Source of the DNA: an uncultured virus (IMG/VR IMGVR_UViG_3300028840_007129)
Taxonomy: Duplodnaviria; Heunggongvirae; Uroviricota; Caudoviricetes
Virus record (IMG/VR): IMGVR_UViG_3300028840_007129
Direction: 5' to 3' (one strand)
Length of the DNA stretch: 64,000 nucleotides
Every line of letters starts with the position of its first letter. Within the stretch, counting starts at the first letter, position 1. The notes under the pieces were generated by a model. That model ran no database searches. It had not been told where the DNA came from and saw only the letters and a program-made list of their open reading frames with translations. Both the position numbers and the translations under genes were made by a program. This document shows, piece after piece, positions 29,958 through 40,409 of this stretch.

Positions 29958-30749
29958 CTATTTGAGCTCCTTGATACCGCAGGCGAGTTGGAGACCGTAC
30001 TTCACGTCGGCCCAGTTCCTGGACTCGTCCTTGGCCTTGACCTTATCATCCACGGTGCTGATGAGTTTCTTGATCTTGGCGGTGGTAACCGAGTTGGGCA
30101 TGCCCTTGGTCTTGGTTTCCACGTCCTTGACCTTCAGCTTGGCCTTCTTACCGTTCTCGATGGTGTTGAAGGCGGTGAGGATGTGTTTCTGTTCGGAGAC
30201 GGGCCGGGCCGCGAGTTTGATGGCGGCGGTGGCGGAGACGATGCCTTTCTGGACGGCGTCCCTGAGTTCATGGGAGGAGCCGTTGATGGCCAGCAGGGAC
30301 GAGATGAAGGTAGCGGGCTTTCCGATCTTCTTGGCGATGTCGCTGGGTTTCCAGTGGTAGTCCAGGAGTCGTTTGACGGCCTTGGCCTGTTCGAGGAGGG
30401 TGAGGGGCTTACCGGAGTTGAGGGTGAAGAGGTCGATGATACGGTCCTCTTCGTTGGTTCCCTTTTCCTCGTTGATGCAGGCGACGACATCGATGGAGGC
30501 CCCATACTTATCGTTGGCGATGGAGATGGCCTTGAGGCGGCGGTGTCCATCGACGACGATGAGGTTCTGGCCGTCATCGGAGAGGCGGACTTTGCAGGGG
30601 ACTTTCTGGCCGACTTCGGCCAGGGACCTGGCGAGTTCCTCGATGTCCCCGTAGTCTTCCCGTACATTGAAGTTGGGGTCTACCGAAAGGTTCTGGTAGG
30701 GAACGTGATAGAGGTTCCCTTTGGACGCTGCGAGTTGTTGGATACCCAT
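29958..30749 (-). CDS. parB: ParB/Spo0J-family partition protein
   Basis: FNVRE, IEELARSL..VGQKVP, VVDGHRRLKA, NSGKPLTLLEQA and the HTH KPSDIAKKIGK. Confidence 0.88.
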   Translation of the reverse strand: MGIQQLAASKGNLYHVPYQNLSVDPNFNVREDYGDIEELARSLAEVGQKVPCKVRLSDDGQNLIVVDGHRRLKAISIANDKYGASIDVVACINEEKGTNEEDRIIDLFTLNSGKPLTLLEQAKAVKRLLDYHWKPSDIAKKIGKPATFISSLLAINGSSHELRDAVQKGIVSATAAIKLAARPVSEQKHILTAFNTIENGKKAKLKVKDVETKTKGMPNSVTTAKIKKLISTVDDKVKAKDESRNWADVKYGLQLACGIKELK

Positions 30750-30784
30750 AAGGTTATTCCTCCTTTTCCACGGTTTTGTCGGTG

Positions 30785-30982
30785 TTATTTGATAAAGTCT
30801 TGGAATTGTTTCAGTTCTTCATAGGCTTCCTTCATGGCCTTGGCGGCGGTTTTGATGCGTAATTTTATCTTGGCCAGGTCTTTGGGGTTGGTTTCGAGAC
30901 CGGCTTCGATGACCTGTCTCCAGGTGAGGTTGAGGGCTTTTCGTTTCTTGTTGAGTTCCTCTGGGACGCGCAGGTTTATCAT
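30785..30982 (-). CDS. Small ribbon-helix-helix-like regulator upstream of parB
   Basis: MINLRVPEEL alternating beta pattern, then helices; AGGAG SD. Confidence 0.6.
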   Translation of the reverse strand: MINLRVPEELNKKRKALNLTWRQVIEAGLETNPKDLAKIKLRIKTAAKAMKEAYEELKQFQDFIK

Positions 30983-31013
30983 ACTAAGTACTCCTGGTTA
31001 GGGTTACTTAGTA
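30982..31013. promoter_or_regulatory. Paired TACTWAGTA palindromes, copy 2, overlapping the -10 TATAAT and the start codon
   Basis: TACTAAGTA at 30982 and TACTTAGTA at 31005, 23 bp apart; minus-strand TATAAT abuts them. Confidence 0.7.
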
Positions 31014-31042
31014 TTATACAAGAAAACATGGGGAAAGTTCAG

Positions 31043-31095
31043 GGAGAGGTAAGGAGGGGGCCTTAGAGCGGTCCCCTTCCTTACACTCTTTTTTC
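31043..31095. terminator. Stem-loop, probable terminator
   Basis: GTAAGGAGGGGG...TCCCCTTCCTTAC stem flanked by a T run. Confidence 0.55.
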
Positions 31096-31100
31096 CGAGG

Positions 31101-31274
31101 TCACATCTTGGCGACGACCTGGCAGACGCATGCCGGGGTCACCTTGCAGATGCGGGCGACTTCGGTCTGGCTGAGCTTCGGGCGACGCTTCACGACGAAG
31201 CGGACCTTGTCGGACTTGCTACGGAACTTCCGGTTGGCGTAGCGGGACGGTATCCAGCTGATTTTTCTGGCCAT
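31101..31274 (-). CDS. Small basic HTH protein, 57 aa (MARKISWIPSRYANRKFRSKSDKVRFVVKRRPKLSQTEVARICKVTPACVCQVVAKM)
   Basis: Hand-translated; AAGGAGGTGA SD; HTH pattern LSQTEVARICKVTPACV. Below the ORF-track cutoff. Confidence 0.75.
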   Translation of the reverse strand: MARKISWIPSRYANRKFRSKSDKVRFVVKRRPKLSQTEVARICKVTPACVCQVVAKM

Positions 31275-31316
31275 GGTTACTCACCTCCTTCCTGTAAGAC
31301 TCTTTGTGAGTCCTTG

Positions 31317-31383
31317 TTTATACGGGATAGTATGGCGACGTGCTGCTTTGAGCATGTGCGAAGAGAACGCCATACGGTTGTTG
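31317..31383 (-). repeat. attC-like site c (degenerate core)
   Basis: Minus strand CAACAAC-C-GTATGGCG...CGCCATAC-TATCCC-GTATAAA. Confidence 0.6.
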
Positions 31384-31506
31384 TAAACCGCGCTTCATGG
31401 CACCGGGCCTATATCGGCATACCTCATCGTCAGTATCGGGATCGCACCACGATATCGGATCGCCGCTCCCTAGCCTGACCCAAAAAGCGCAATCTTTACA
31501 TTGCAT
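31318..31506 (-). CDS. Cassette ORF, Cys-rich, 62 aa
   Basis: MQCKDCAFW...; starts just after the GTTGCTA core and reads through site c. Confidence 0.6.
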   Translation of the reverse strand: MQCKDCAFWVRLGSGDPISWCDPDTDDEVCRYRPGAMKRGLQQPYGVLFAHAQSSTSPYYPV

Positions 31507-31508
31507 AA

Positions 31509-31566
31509 TAGCAACCGCCTCAATGTATGCTGGCTGCCTTGAGCTGGCATACTTGAGCTGTTATAC
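31509..31566 (-). repeat. attC-like site b
   Basis: Minus strand GTATAAC-AG-CTCAAGTATGC...GCATACATTGAG-GCG-GTTGCTA; 58 bp. Confidence 0.7.
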
Positions 31567-31798
31567 GCTGTTCGGCCTCTTCCTTAGCTTTCAGCCGCGC
31601 ATTCTTCATGAATTTATCTGAATCAAAACCATCTTTACCCTGGCGAATTGCTTCATCAATTTGAACTTTGCGAAAATCATTGTCGAATTTATTTCTCATA
31701 ATCAAAGCAAACCTTGATAAGATACACTCTAAATCTCGGTTGACTGAATCCGTTGAGTTTTTTAAACACTCTTGATACCACGAAATTTTATTTTTCAT
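31520..31798 (-). CDS. Cassette ORF, 92 aa, AT-rich
   Basis: AGGAG SD after the GTTAGGC core; ends inside site b. Confidence 0.7.
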   Translation of the reverse strand: MKNKISWYQECLKNSTDSVNRDLECILSRFALIMRNKFDNDFRKVQIDEAIRQGKDGFDSDKFMKNARLKAKEEAEQRITAQVCQLKAASIH

Positions 31799-31817
31799 TT
31801 TGTTTTTCTCCTGCGCG

Positions 31818-31888
31818 GCCTAACGTTGACAAATGGCGAAGTGGTGCTTCACCATTTAGCGATAGCGCCGCCATTTGTTTGTTGGTTG
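31818..31888 (-). repeat. attC-like site a with a canonical GTTRRRY core
   Basis: Minus strand CAACCAAC-AAA-CAAATGGCG-GCGCTATCGCT-AAATGGTG-AAG-CACCACTT-CGCCATTTG-TCAAC-GTTAGGC. Confidence 0.85.
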
Positions 31889-32055
31889 CTGTATGTCAAG
31901 CCCACCGCATTTTCGAGTGCGCCCCACTGCTGGGCCATGGCAATAGCGACGCCGCTATATGTTTCTGCACGTAACTTGCTTCGATTCGGGCCGGGGGCAA
32001 CCTGTGTATGCGCCCGACCCTGCCAGACACGACTGCGGTAGCTCTTAGGGCGAAC
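31889..32055 (-). pseudogene. Frameshifted 3' remnant of a phage DNA-cytosine-methyltransferase-like gene
   Basis: LRATAVVSGRVGRIHRLPP continues in another frame as GPNRSKLRAETYSGVAIAMAQQWG, a C-terminal pattern recalled from such phage proteins; no 5' part. Confidence 0.55.
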
Positions 32056-32058
32056 GGG

Positions 32059-32229
32059 TTAACGCCACTCCAACTTGCAGCACCCGACACCGGTTGCTTT
32101 TTCATTGCACAGTATGCGCATGGCATCCTCGAACTTCTCGCCAGCGTACACCAGCTTGTACTCGTAATCCTGCCCCGGAACTCCGCCCGGTGTCGGAATG
32201 TATGAATAGACCTCAAAAGTATTACCCAT
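32059..32229 (-). CDS. Small hypothetical protein, 56 aa (MGNTFEVYSY...GCCKLEWR)
   Basis: Hand-translated; GGAGGT SD; the stop overlaps a TAAC. Confidence 0.65.
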   Translation of the reverse strand: MGNTFEVYSYIPTPGGVPGQDYEYKLVYAGEKFEDAMRILCNEKATGVGCCKLEWR

Positions 32230-32251
32230 CACAGACCTCCAGTGCGCCCGG

Positions 32252-33441
32252 CTAGGTGTGTGCTGTTCCTATTCTGAGTTTCATTGAGGTATTGCTCTCA
32301 TCGGCGAGGTTTGTATCCTTGCTTCCGCATTCGGGGCAGGGAGGCATACCATTGTAATGGGACCATGTTGAGGAGTCCACCTCACATCGGCAGAAGACTT
32401 TACCGCAACTTCTGCAGATTTGCATCATATGCCCTTCCGAGCATCTCATGGTTGGCATGTTTTATTCCTTCTCGAAGTTGAAGTAGTATCGGGGGTAGTG
32501 CTGGAACATCATGCTTCCGGTGGCCCCGTCCGACTTCCGTTGGACTATCACGAAGGGGGCCATGAATCCTTTCACGTTGAAGTCACGGGTCAGTTCCTGG
32601 GTGTCCCAGACTTGACCGTGCTTCTGTTCCAGTTTCTCCCGGTCATTGGGATTACTGTTGATCTCCTGGACCATCTTACGACGAATGTTTTCCGTGGGGT
32701 CGTTCATGGTTTAGGTCACTCCTTTTGAGATTGTTCAAAAACATCCCACTTCTCATCCTTGGATATGGGCTTGTAGGTCCGGTCGTTCTTGGCGGCCTCT
32801 ATCATTTCCCTGGCCTTTCTCGCTGATGCTATGGCTGCCTTGATGGGCAGCACGATAGCCAGGACGATGATGATGGGGGCTCCTATGACCAGGCCCAGGG
32901 CCAGACTGAGTTTGAGGATGATACGATAGTCCTCCAGACTGTCGGCCAGTACTGGGAGGGCGAGGGGGACCAGGACCAGGTAGAGGGTGAGGAGTCTGGT
33001 CATACCTTGTTCTCCTTAAGATAGGTCTTGATGGTGTCTTTGACCTGTCTGGCGGTTTCACCTCGCCAGTATCTCATGTTAGTAAGGGCGTAGAGGAGTT
33101 GGGTTCGGAATCCTTCTGATCCGTATTCCTCGATTGCTTCGGGCATATGGTTCAGGTATATCTGAGCGGCCTGGTTCTTACACTGGGCCTTGGCGGTTTT
33201 GATGGCTTCATCGATGGTCATGATGTTCCCCACAGGATTCTTCTCAAGAGTTCTCCCAGCAGAGGTCTTTATTTCCGCACTTATTGCATTCGCGTTCAGG
33301 GGGGCACTTGGGGGCAGATACCCTGAATTCATTCTCTACTGCTTTGAGATCGGAAAACTTCTGGGATATTTCTCCGTTGATGATGGCTTTACCGGACTTC
33401 AGCATCTTCCAAAGGTCTCTGTATCTTTTTGCGTTCTCCAT
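32252..33441 (-). CDS. Five small hypothetical genes (32252-32458, 32462-32707, 32716-33003 membrane, 33000-~33223, 33244-33441)
   Basis: Tightly packed with AGGAG-type SD sites. Confidence 0.6.
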
Positions 33442-33549
33442 GAGTCCTCCGGAATTATATTAGGGGTATCTTATCCACATCCCCTGTGGAAAGACGGTGA
33501 TGGGGCTGGAGCCCGTATACCTTGCCGTATTGGGCTCCAGCTTCTTTTT

Positions 33550-34173
33550 TTACCAGGTCCAGCACCTTCCGCAGGTGACACACCCGTCGTTCTCGTGCCA
33601 GGTACCGGCACAGTCCTTGGGATGACGGGGGATGCCCTTGATGACCTTTCCGCCGAAGTGTCGTGGGAACACTACCTTTATCCGGTCGTCTTCGGGGACA
33701 ACGTCCTCGGCGTGGCGGGGCCCGTAACACATGGCACCTTTGTACTTCCAGACTGACGCCGGGGAGCTCCCGTCCACGGAGAGGAGGAGGTGGAGGTTGG
33801 GGAGCTTGTCGTTAAGGGCTTTGGCTATCTCGGGCTTGCGAGTCATGCCCCAGAACTGGGTCTGGGGGCAGGCCGTTGCCAGCCGGAGGATGGCCGGGAG
33901 GTGTTCGGGGAGGAGGTCACCGGAGCCACACAGTCGTACGGAGGTGTGGGCCATGCACTCCCGGATGAGTTCAGTCTGGTCGTTACCGGCCAGGTACTGG
34001 GAGAGCCAGAGGTGTTTGAGCTTGGCCATGGGCCGGGCCTGGTGTCCGAACCTGGCGTAGCAATCTTTCGAGCAGTTCTTGGTGGGACGACAGTGTCCCT
34101 GGAGGGGGAGGTCTATGGAGTATCCGGTCTTGGTATTCTTGGACAGGAGCTGAAGTGGGCGATAGTTACACAT
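33550..34173 (-). CDS. GP88-like (radical-SAM-related) phage protein
   Basis: SKNTK, CRPTKNCSKDCYA, VRLCGSGD, FWGMTR, PNL....SVD and C-terminal CVTCGRCW. Confidence 0.7.
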   Translation of the reverse strand: MCNYRPLQLLSKNTKTGYSIDLPLQGHCRPTKNCSKDCYARFGHQARPMAKLKHLWLSQYLAGNDQTELIRECMAHTSVRLCGSGDLLPEHLPAILRLATACPQTQFWGMTRKPEIAKALNDKLPNLHLLLSVDGSSPASVWKYKGAMCYGPRHAEDVVPEDDRIKVVFPRHFGGKVIKGIPRHPKDCAGTWHENDGCVTCGRCWTW

Positions 34174-34726
34174 AGGTTTTACTCCTCTATTGGTGTGAAG
34201 GCCTTCGTTATCTGGTCCATCACCTTGTCGAATATCTCTTGGCGGTATTTGTTGCGTTTTTCTTCTTCGCAGTCGTCACAGATATAGGAGTAGAAGACTC
34301 CACGGGAATCGAGAAGGGGCCTGCGAGGTTTATTTGATCCGCACGGACATGATTTTTCCATGGCGCGTTACCTTTGTGGAAGGTATATTATGGATGTGCA
34401 TGAGCTTCCCTCTTAGTTGGGGATCCGTGATACGGAGGGTGGTGAGTGTCACGGGGGGAAGAGGTGTTCATGGCCTCTTCCCTTTTTTCGGCCTGGGGTG
34501 GATGGTGGGGGGACTGGGATGTTTCTTGGGCATCCCGGTCCCTTTTTTATTACAGGTCTTCCGGCTGGACCAGTCCTTTTTCGAGCATGTCCATGTTGGT
34601 GGAGTCGGAGGCTGCCTGGTTCAGGCAGCCGCTGTCTTCCAGACTGACCAGACTGTTGGCTGCCTGTGGTTGCCTGCTCGCATTTTGTGGGGTGCAGTAG
34701 TCGGGATTCATGGGTGGGATACCTCC

Positions 34727-34761
34727 AAAGAAAAAGCCCCCACTTTTTGCAGGTGGGGGCT
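34727..34761 (-). terminator. Intrinsic terminator
   Basis: AGCCCCCAC-loop-GTGGGGGCT followed by TTTTCTTT on the minus strand. Confidence 0.85.
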
Positions 34762-34817
34762 CTTTCAGCAGCAACATTCAATCATGAGTCTCAGGGGGTT
34801 GGCCCAAGACAGACAGT

Positions 34818-34846
34818 AATATATATCAAGAGGCAACGAAAGTCAA
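34818..34846 (-). promoter_or_regulatory. Sigma70-type promoter
   Basis: TTGACT-17 nt-TATATT. Confidence 0.7.
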
Positions 34847-34936
34847 CCTAACCCCAGTGTTTGGATGTTGTTAGGCGACTTCGGGCCAGTTGACTTCGGG
34901 CCAGTTGACGGACTTCGAGGACGTTGATGTAGGTGT

Positions 34937-36299
34937 TCATTTCCAGGCCTCTTTGATATCGTCCCAGTCGTACCAGGAGTCGTTGATGAGGATACCTTTC
35001 TGGTTCTCCTGCACGAAGTCCAGTATTCCCTCCGTGGTGGAGTCAGCGGTTTCCCTGGCATACTTCAGGAGTTCCATGTCGTCCTGGATCATGGCCTCGG
35101 CATTGTTCTCGAAGGTCATCTCGTTATCGTCCGAGATGGTGTAGCCGTAGGTCACGGAGCCATTGAGATACTCGATTTTCACGGCATTGGAGATGACCCT
35201 TATCGAGTATGTCTGCTGTCGGGGAGTCCTCTTCGTTATTGAAGTAGGCATTGTAGACCCCAACGCATTCATCAGCGGAAGGATCCCATATGGAGATGTG
35301 CTCGTCCAGGTGTTCGGGGTGCTTGTCGAGCAGGTCTTTAAGGTCTCTGTATGTGAGCATGGGTTCATCCTTCCAAGGGTGTCCAGCCCAGCAGGGTCCG
35401 GGCTTTGTTGATGGTGTCGATGGAGACGGTGCCACAGTCGGCACAGCCTTCGGTCTCGAAGGTGTTGCAGATTTCCTCCAGGACTTCCTGGTAGGGTTCG
35501 GTGTCCTCGTTGGAGGGCACGTCACCGTCTTCGGGGACGGCGATGTGGTCGTTGTCGATGGCAGCTTTCAGGACATTCTGGTGGGACAGCTTGCTGTCGT
35601 ACTCTTCCAGTTCTCGGATATCGAACTCGAAGGTGTCGTCGTTCTCGGTGGGGTCGGTGTTGTACCAGTATTCGAGCTGGTCGTTACCATCACCGCCATC
35701 GTAGGCGTGATAGATGGTGATACCTTTGTGGGTCAGAAACGCTTGGGGTGCTCTCCATACGAGTGGCATGGGTATTACTCCTTTAGAGGTCTTCGTTCGA
35801 GTTGAGCCGTTCACAGAGGGAGTCTATCTCGTCATCATTGAGAGGTTCGACATCCTCAAAATGTTCGGTGTCGGGATGTTGTTTCTGAAAGAGTCTGAGT
35901 GCTGCCAGGATGGTAGCCAGTTCTCGGCGGTTGTAACTGATTTTCATGTTACTCCTCTTTCGTTACCAGGTGAGTGTCGAAGGGGAAAGAGCCTTCGGAG
36001 GTTTCCCCGCAATAGATAATCTCGAACTCTTCGATCCCGAACCTCTTAAGGGCCATGTCCTTCTTGAACTGCTGTTCGTACAGGGCCAGGTCACCGATGT
36101 TGAGGTCTCCATCGGATTCTTTCCAGCACTCTTCTCCGGAGCGGGTGGTACGCACCCAGTTGGTGATGGCCTTCTGGAGTTTCTCAAAGGCCCTCTTGGT
36201 GGAGATGTTATGGGTGGTTGCTATCCTCACGATAGCCAGTGTCGTGAGACCTACCCCGGTTTCTTCCCTGATGAACGGAATGATTTTCTGATAGTTCAT
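34937..36299 (-). CDS. Cluster of small acidic hypothetical genes (~34937-35360, 35365-35769, 35949-36299)
   Basis: Co-oriented ORFs; exact starts uncertain. Confidence 0.5.
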
Positions 36300-36355
36300 G
36301 GATTTCTCCAGATGGAATGAGGGTCCCCCTCCGGTGAGGGAGACCCCCTAGGGAG

Positions 36356-36946
36356 TTACTTGAGAGCGGGCTTCTTCTGGTGGACCAGGGCCTTGAAGGT
36401 CTGGAACTTCTCCTCGGACACCTCGAACTGCTTGCGGTCCAGGTCGTCCTTGGCGACGACCTTATCACCGACATCGAAGATGTCCGCGATGTTGAGACCG
36501 GCCTTGGTGCAGGCGTTGGCCACCTTGTTGAGGATCTTCTCGTCCTTGAGGGCGGTCTCCTTGAAGGAGATGGCCCGCTTCTTCTCGAAGAAAGAGTCGA
36601 AGAGGTCTCCGAGGAGTTCCTGGAGGGCGTTCAGGGAGTCCTCGTCCTGGGGGACGCTGAAGGAGTCGGCGGTGACGAAGAGGATACGCCCCTTCTTGCC
36701 CACGACCTCCAGACTCTTCGTGAACTCGCCGTGCCGGGCCAGGTTCTCGTACTGGGGCATGACGTGTCCGATGATGACGGACTCGTTGTCCGCGATGGCC
36801 TGCTTGAGCTTGGCCATCTGGGCCTTGTTGGCGATGAGTTCATCGACGGTCTTCTGGACGGTCTCCGTGGTGGAGGCCTGCTTCTTGGTACCGGTAGAGG
36901 ACTTCTTGTCGGCCGACTTTGTGGCGATGCGGTCGAAGGCGTTCAT
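36356..36946 (-). CDS. Hypothetical protein, probably highly expressed
   Basis: 196 aa; AAAGGAG SD; strong C/G-ending codon bias; followed by a hairpin. Confidence 0.8.
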   Translation of the reverse strand: MNAFDRIATKSADKKSSTGTKKQASTTETVQKTVDELIANKAQMAKLKQAIADNESVIIGHVMPQYENLARHGEFTKSLEVVGKKGRILFVTADSFSVPQDEDSLNALQELLGDLFDSFFEKKRAISFKETALKDEKILNKVANACTKAGLNIADIFDVGDKVVAKDDLDRKQFEVSEEKFQTFKALVHQKKPALK

Positions 36947-37041
36947 TGTGACGCTCCTTTTGTGAGGTTTAAAATATAAGACGTTGAGTTACTGGATTTC
37001 TTCCACGAGGAACGGTTACCGGTCTCCGGTTACCGGTCTCG

Positions 37042-39751
37042 TTACTCCCCATCCATTCTTGTGCAGTCGGGGTCCGCCCCTAAGCACTCACCATCCTTGT
37101 TGAGAACATAGGAGTGACAGTTGGGACACACTTCCAATTCCTCTCCGGAGTTCAGGGTGATGTATTCCCTGACCAGGGAGCCCTCGGGGAGTGTATTGGA
37201 CACATCGGGGTCTACGAACCCGGTTTCGTGGTTGTATTCGCAGTAGGTGGTCACTACGGACCCGTCATCCCATTCGCTTGTGAATTCGCACTTAACCATT
37301 GGACTTTCCTTTCTTATATCTGAAGACATTGCCGATGAAGTTATCATTCTCGTCATAGAGTCTGACGTTATCCGGCAACTCGGCCAGGTGGTGCTCCAGG
37401 GCATGCTGCTGGGCATCGAAGTCAGTCTGGAAGGTGTCTTCCTCGCCGTCACGCTGGATGCACTGGCCTCGCAGGCCGCTTCTGATGATTATCCATCCTT
37501 CACTCATTGCCTTGCTCCTTTATGGCTTCCGGGGTCAGTATAGCCGAAGGTCACACACCGAAGGAGTGGCCCGTGTAGGACATGGAGTTACCAGTCGTAG
37601 GTATCGAACTCTTCGTACTGGGGGCCATCCTGATCGAGTTTGACCCAGGTACATCCCAGCCTGCGTGCCGTCTTGATAATCTTCCCGAAGCTTTCGGGAT
37701 TCTCCAATCCTTTCAGCTTGTCGTTCTCACTTCCCTTCTCCCCCAGGTAGACAAGGAGATAGCCAGTGCTGACGGTGGCGAAGTGGCAGTGGTCCTCATC
37801 GCTGAGGTGTTCCATGTCGGTCGGGCTCATATGAGCCGTGGACACCACGAGGGTTTTTTCGATTTCGTATTTCACTTCTTTTTCCTTTACGAAGAAGTCG
37901 ATGACCTTGGCGACCCCGAAAAGCATCGCTACCAGAGATAGCATTACTGCCGGGACATATATCTCAGGGGTCATTCACGCATCTCGGTTTCGATGACCTT
38001 GAAGGACTTGATGGCGGCCTTTACATCCCCATCATCGTACTGGGCCAGGGTGTCTGCCACATTGTCCGTAAGAATGTCCTTGAACAGATCATCGGGGATG
38101 TCACCGGGATGGGACTCGGTTTCGATGTTCACCACCAGCTTGATGGTTACTGCGACTCGGGACTCATGGGTGCTCATGGAGTGTCTCCTCAGATTACGGG
38201 GATGAGAAAGGGTTCACCGGACCAGGACTGGCCGGACAGGACCCCAGCGTCGTTGCATTCGTCATCTGCCATCGGGAAGATGATGGTTCCGTCATCCAAG
38301 GTAAGGATGATGGACCTTCGGCCCCACCCACCATTGTTCCGCTCTTCCTCGGTCATGTAGCGGACCCCGACGATCCGTCGGCCCAGTAGGCGCAGAGCCG
38401 CACGAGACCTGTTCAGGCGCTCCTTGTTTTCTTCCACCAGGGATTTCTCGATGTTCCTCATAGCTTATCCTTTCATCATAATAAACGGATACGCTTCTTT
38501 ATACCCGTCGCGTACAAGGTTCCGGATAAACTGGTCCCGTATCCTCTTGTTTCTGAATATCTTCATGTCGAAGAAGTCGCTGCCGTCTTTGTGTTTGCTA
38601 TGACCATCGTGGAAGTTCACGGTATACTTCGCTTTACCGATACCGTCTAGCAGATAGAAGCATTTCTTCATGTTTCTTACTCCACCGAAGTTGATAGTTC
38701 CCACCATCCGGTATACTCCACGCCATCTTCCGGGTCATCATCCGTCATGTGGATGTTATCGTTAAGCTCTCCGGATGTGTATCCCTCTTTTGCCATCTCG
38801 ACTATCCGTGTCCACGCGGACTCCTCAAGAGCCTCAACGTGTTCGGGTTTCACTCCATTATCGTTCCACCAGCGATAGGTGATGGTTACCTTACGTTCGA
38901 TCTGGTCCAGGGTCTTGGGGGCATTCATCTCTTTATCTCCTATCCGACGACAGCACCGCATTGGTTGCACTCGTCCGAGTTATCGAGCAGGTCGTGATGC
39001 TCAAGCGGGACACTCGGTTTGGTGTCCGGCTCGAAGTCACCCGTCTTATGGTCGTAGTGCCCCAGACAGCGGGAGTCCTCATGCTCCTCATCCTTGGAGA
39101 CATAGAGTCTGGAGACGGACTGACAGAGGTTGAGGTTGGCACCGCAGCGGTGACAGGTTATCTTCGCGTCCGGGTCTTTGCGGGAGTAGTTTATGATTAC
39201 GATGTCTTCACTGCGTACGGCGTCCGGCTCTCCGGCGTCACGAGCGCATGCCCGCCACGCATCATCTGCCGTCTGGCCCTCGTATACTCCGAGGTCCTGA
39301 CCACTGTTTCGGTTACTGATACGCCACTGCGTCATCTTGTTTTCTCCTTAGAAAGGATGCTTTCGGTGTCCCATAATATTCTTCGGTATCCAACGTTAAG
39401 GATTATGTCGCAGCAAGTTCTTCTTTCCCTGTCGTAGTGGTAGCTTACAGAATCTATATAGGCAAGGCCATTATGCTGGTTCAATACCTTGTCTTCCATA
39501 TAGATTTGAACTTCCCACAACACATCCTTGAGCAGTAAGGTCTTTCCTTCCCCTCTTAGATAGGAGCCTGCAAGCTCACGGAAAGTATTATCTTGCTCGG
39601 CTTTTTCCTTCATGGCGTTAAGGTACTTGTGCGCCAGTGCATAGCCACCGTCTTCCCGGTCTTTCCCGCCCCAATTTTGCAGCGCTTCGGCATAAGTGTC
39701 CATCGCTTGCCGAAAAACTGCGTCAAGTTTTGAATACTCTGCAAAGTCCAT
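37042..39751 (-). CDS. Run of about nine small hypothetical phage genes
   Basis: For example 37588-37974, 37971-38177, 38189-38461, 38940-39335 and 39332-39751, with coupled stops and starts. Confidence 0.6.
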
Positions 39752-39759
39752 TCTTTTCC

Positions 39760-40395
39760 CTAGAAAGAGTACTTCTTGCTGGGCTTTCGTATCTTGAGCA
39801 TCCAGGAGACATCCGGGATAGGTGTTGTGGAGAACACCAGAAGGCCGGAGGGGTCTTTGAGAACGAGACCTTCCACGGTTTTGCCATCGGCTTCCTGGAA
39901 GAGACCCCAGAACCCGTGCCGGAAGATTTCGGATATCTTCACATGCTTTCCATCCGGACAGGTCTCCAGGAGTTTACGGGAGTCACCCCAGGTTTTCCCG
40001 AAGAGGGGGAGTCCTTTCCAGACCATGATACAGTGAACGATAAGAGTGTTCTTGATGTGGACGGTCTTGTTGTGGAGTAGTTCACCGTTGACGACTGTGT
40101 TCCGGGGCCACTTGCTGAACTCCTCCGTCATTTCATCGCTCGGGATGTATTTCATCCGGGCCTTGTGCCGGTTCATGACGATGAGTGTGCTCGTGTTGAT
40201 GAGCACGTTGTCCCCGTTCCATTTCCTCTCGGCTACGTACTTACCGGACCTCTCCAGGCTGTCGATGTACTCGGAGGAGGGATTGAGAGGATTCTTGGGG
40301 TCCGGAGGCACGAGGGTGGGCCGGTTCGGATAGAAGTAGATGTTGGAGAGTGCAGAGACATCGGGTGGCTTCTGCCATGTTATTTTCCGTGCCAT
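39760..40395 (-). CDS. Minimal ATP-dependent ligase-family nucleotidyltransferase (adenylation domain only)
   Basis: Motif I AERKWNG, III VVNGEL, IV EGLVLK, V MLKIRK; the protein ends just after motif V. Confidence 0.75.
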   Translation of the reverse strand: MARKITWQKPPDVSALSNIYFYPNRPTLVPPDPKNPLNPSSEYIDSLERSGKYVAERKWNGDNVLINTSTLIVMNRHKARMKYIPSDEMTEEFSKWPRNTVVNGELLHNKTVHIKNTLIVHCIMVWKGLPLFGKTWGDSRKLLETCPDGKHVKISEIFRHGFWGLFQEADGKTVEGLVLKDPSGLLVFSTTPIPDVSWMLKIRKPSKKYSF

Positions 40396-40409
40396 TCTGT
40401 ATCCCTCTT

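Noticed and set aside
34877..34906. 15-bp tandem duplication GACTTCGGGCCAGTT x2
   Set aside because: Only two copies, in frame in a tiny ORF; most likely simple slippage.
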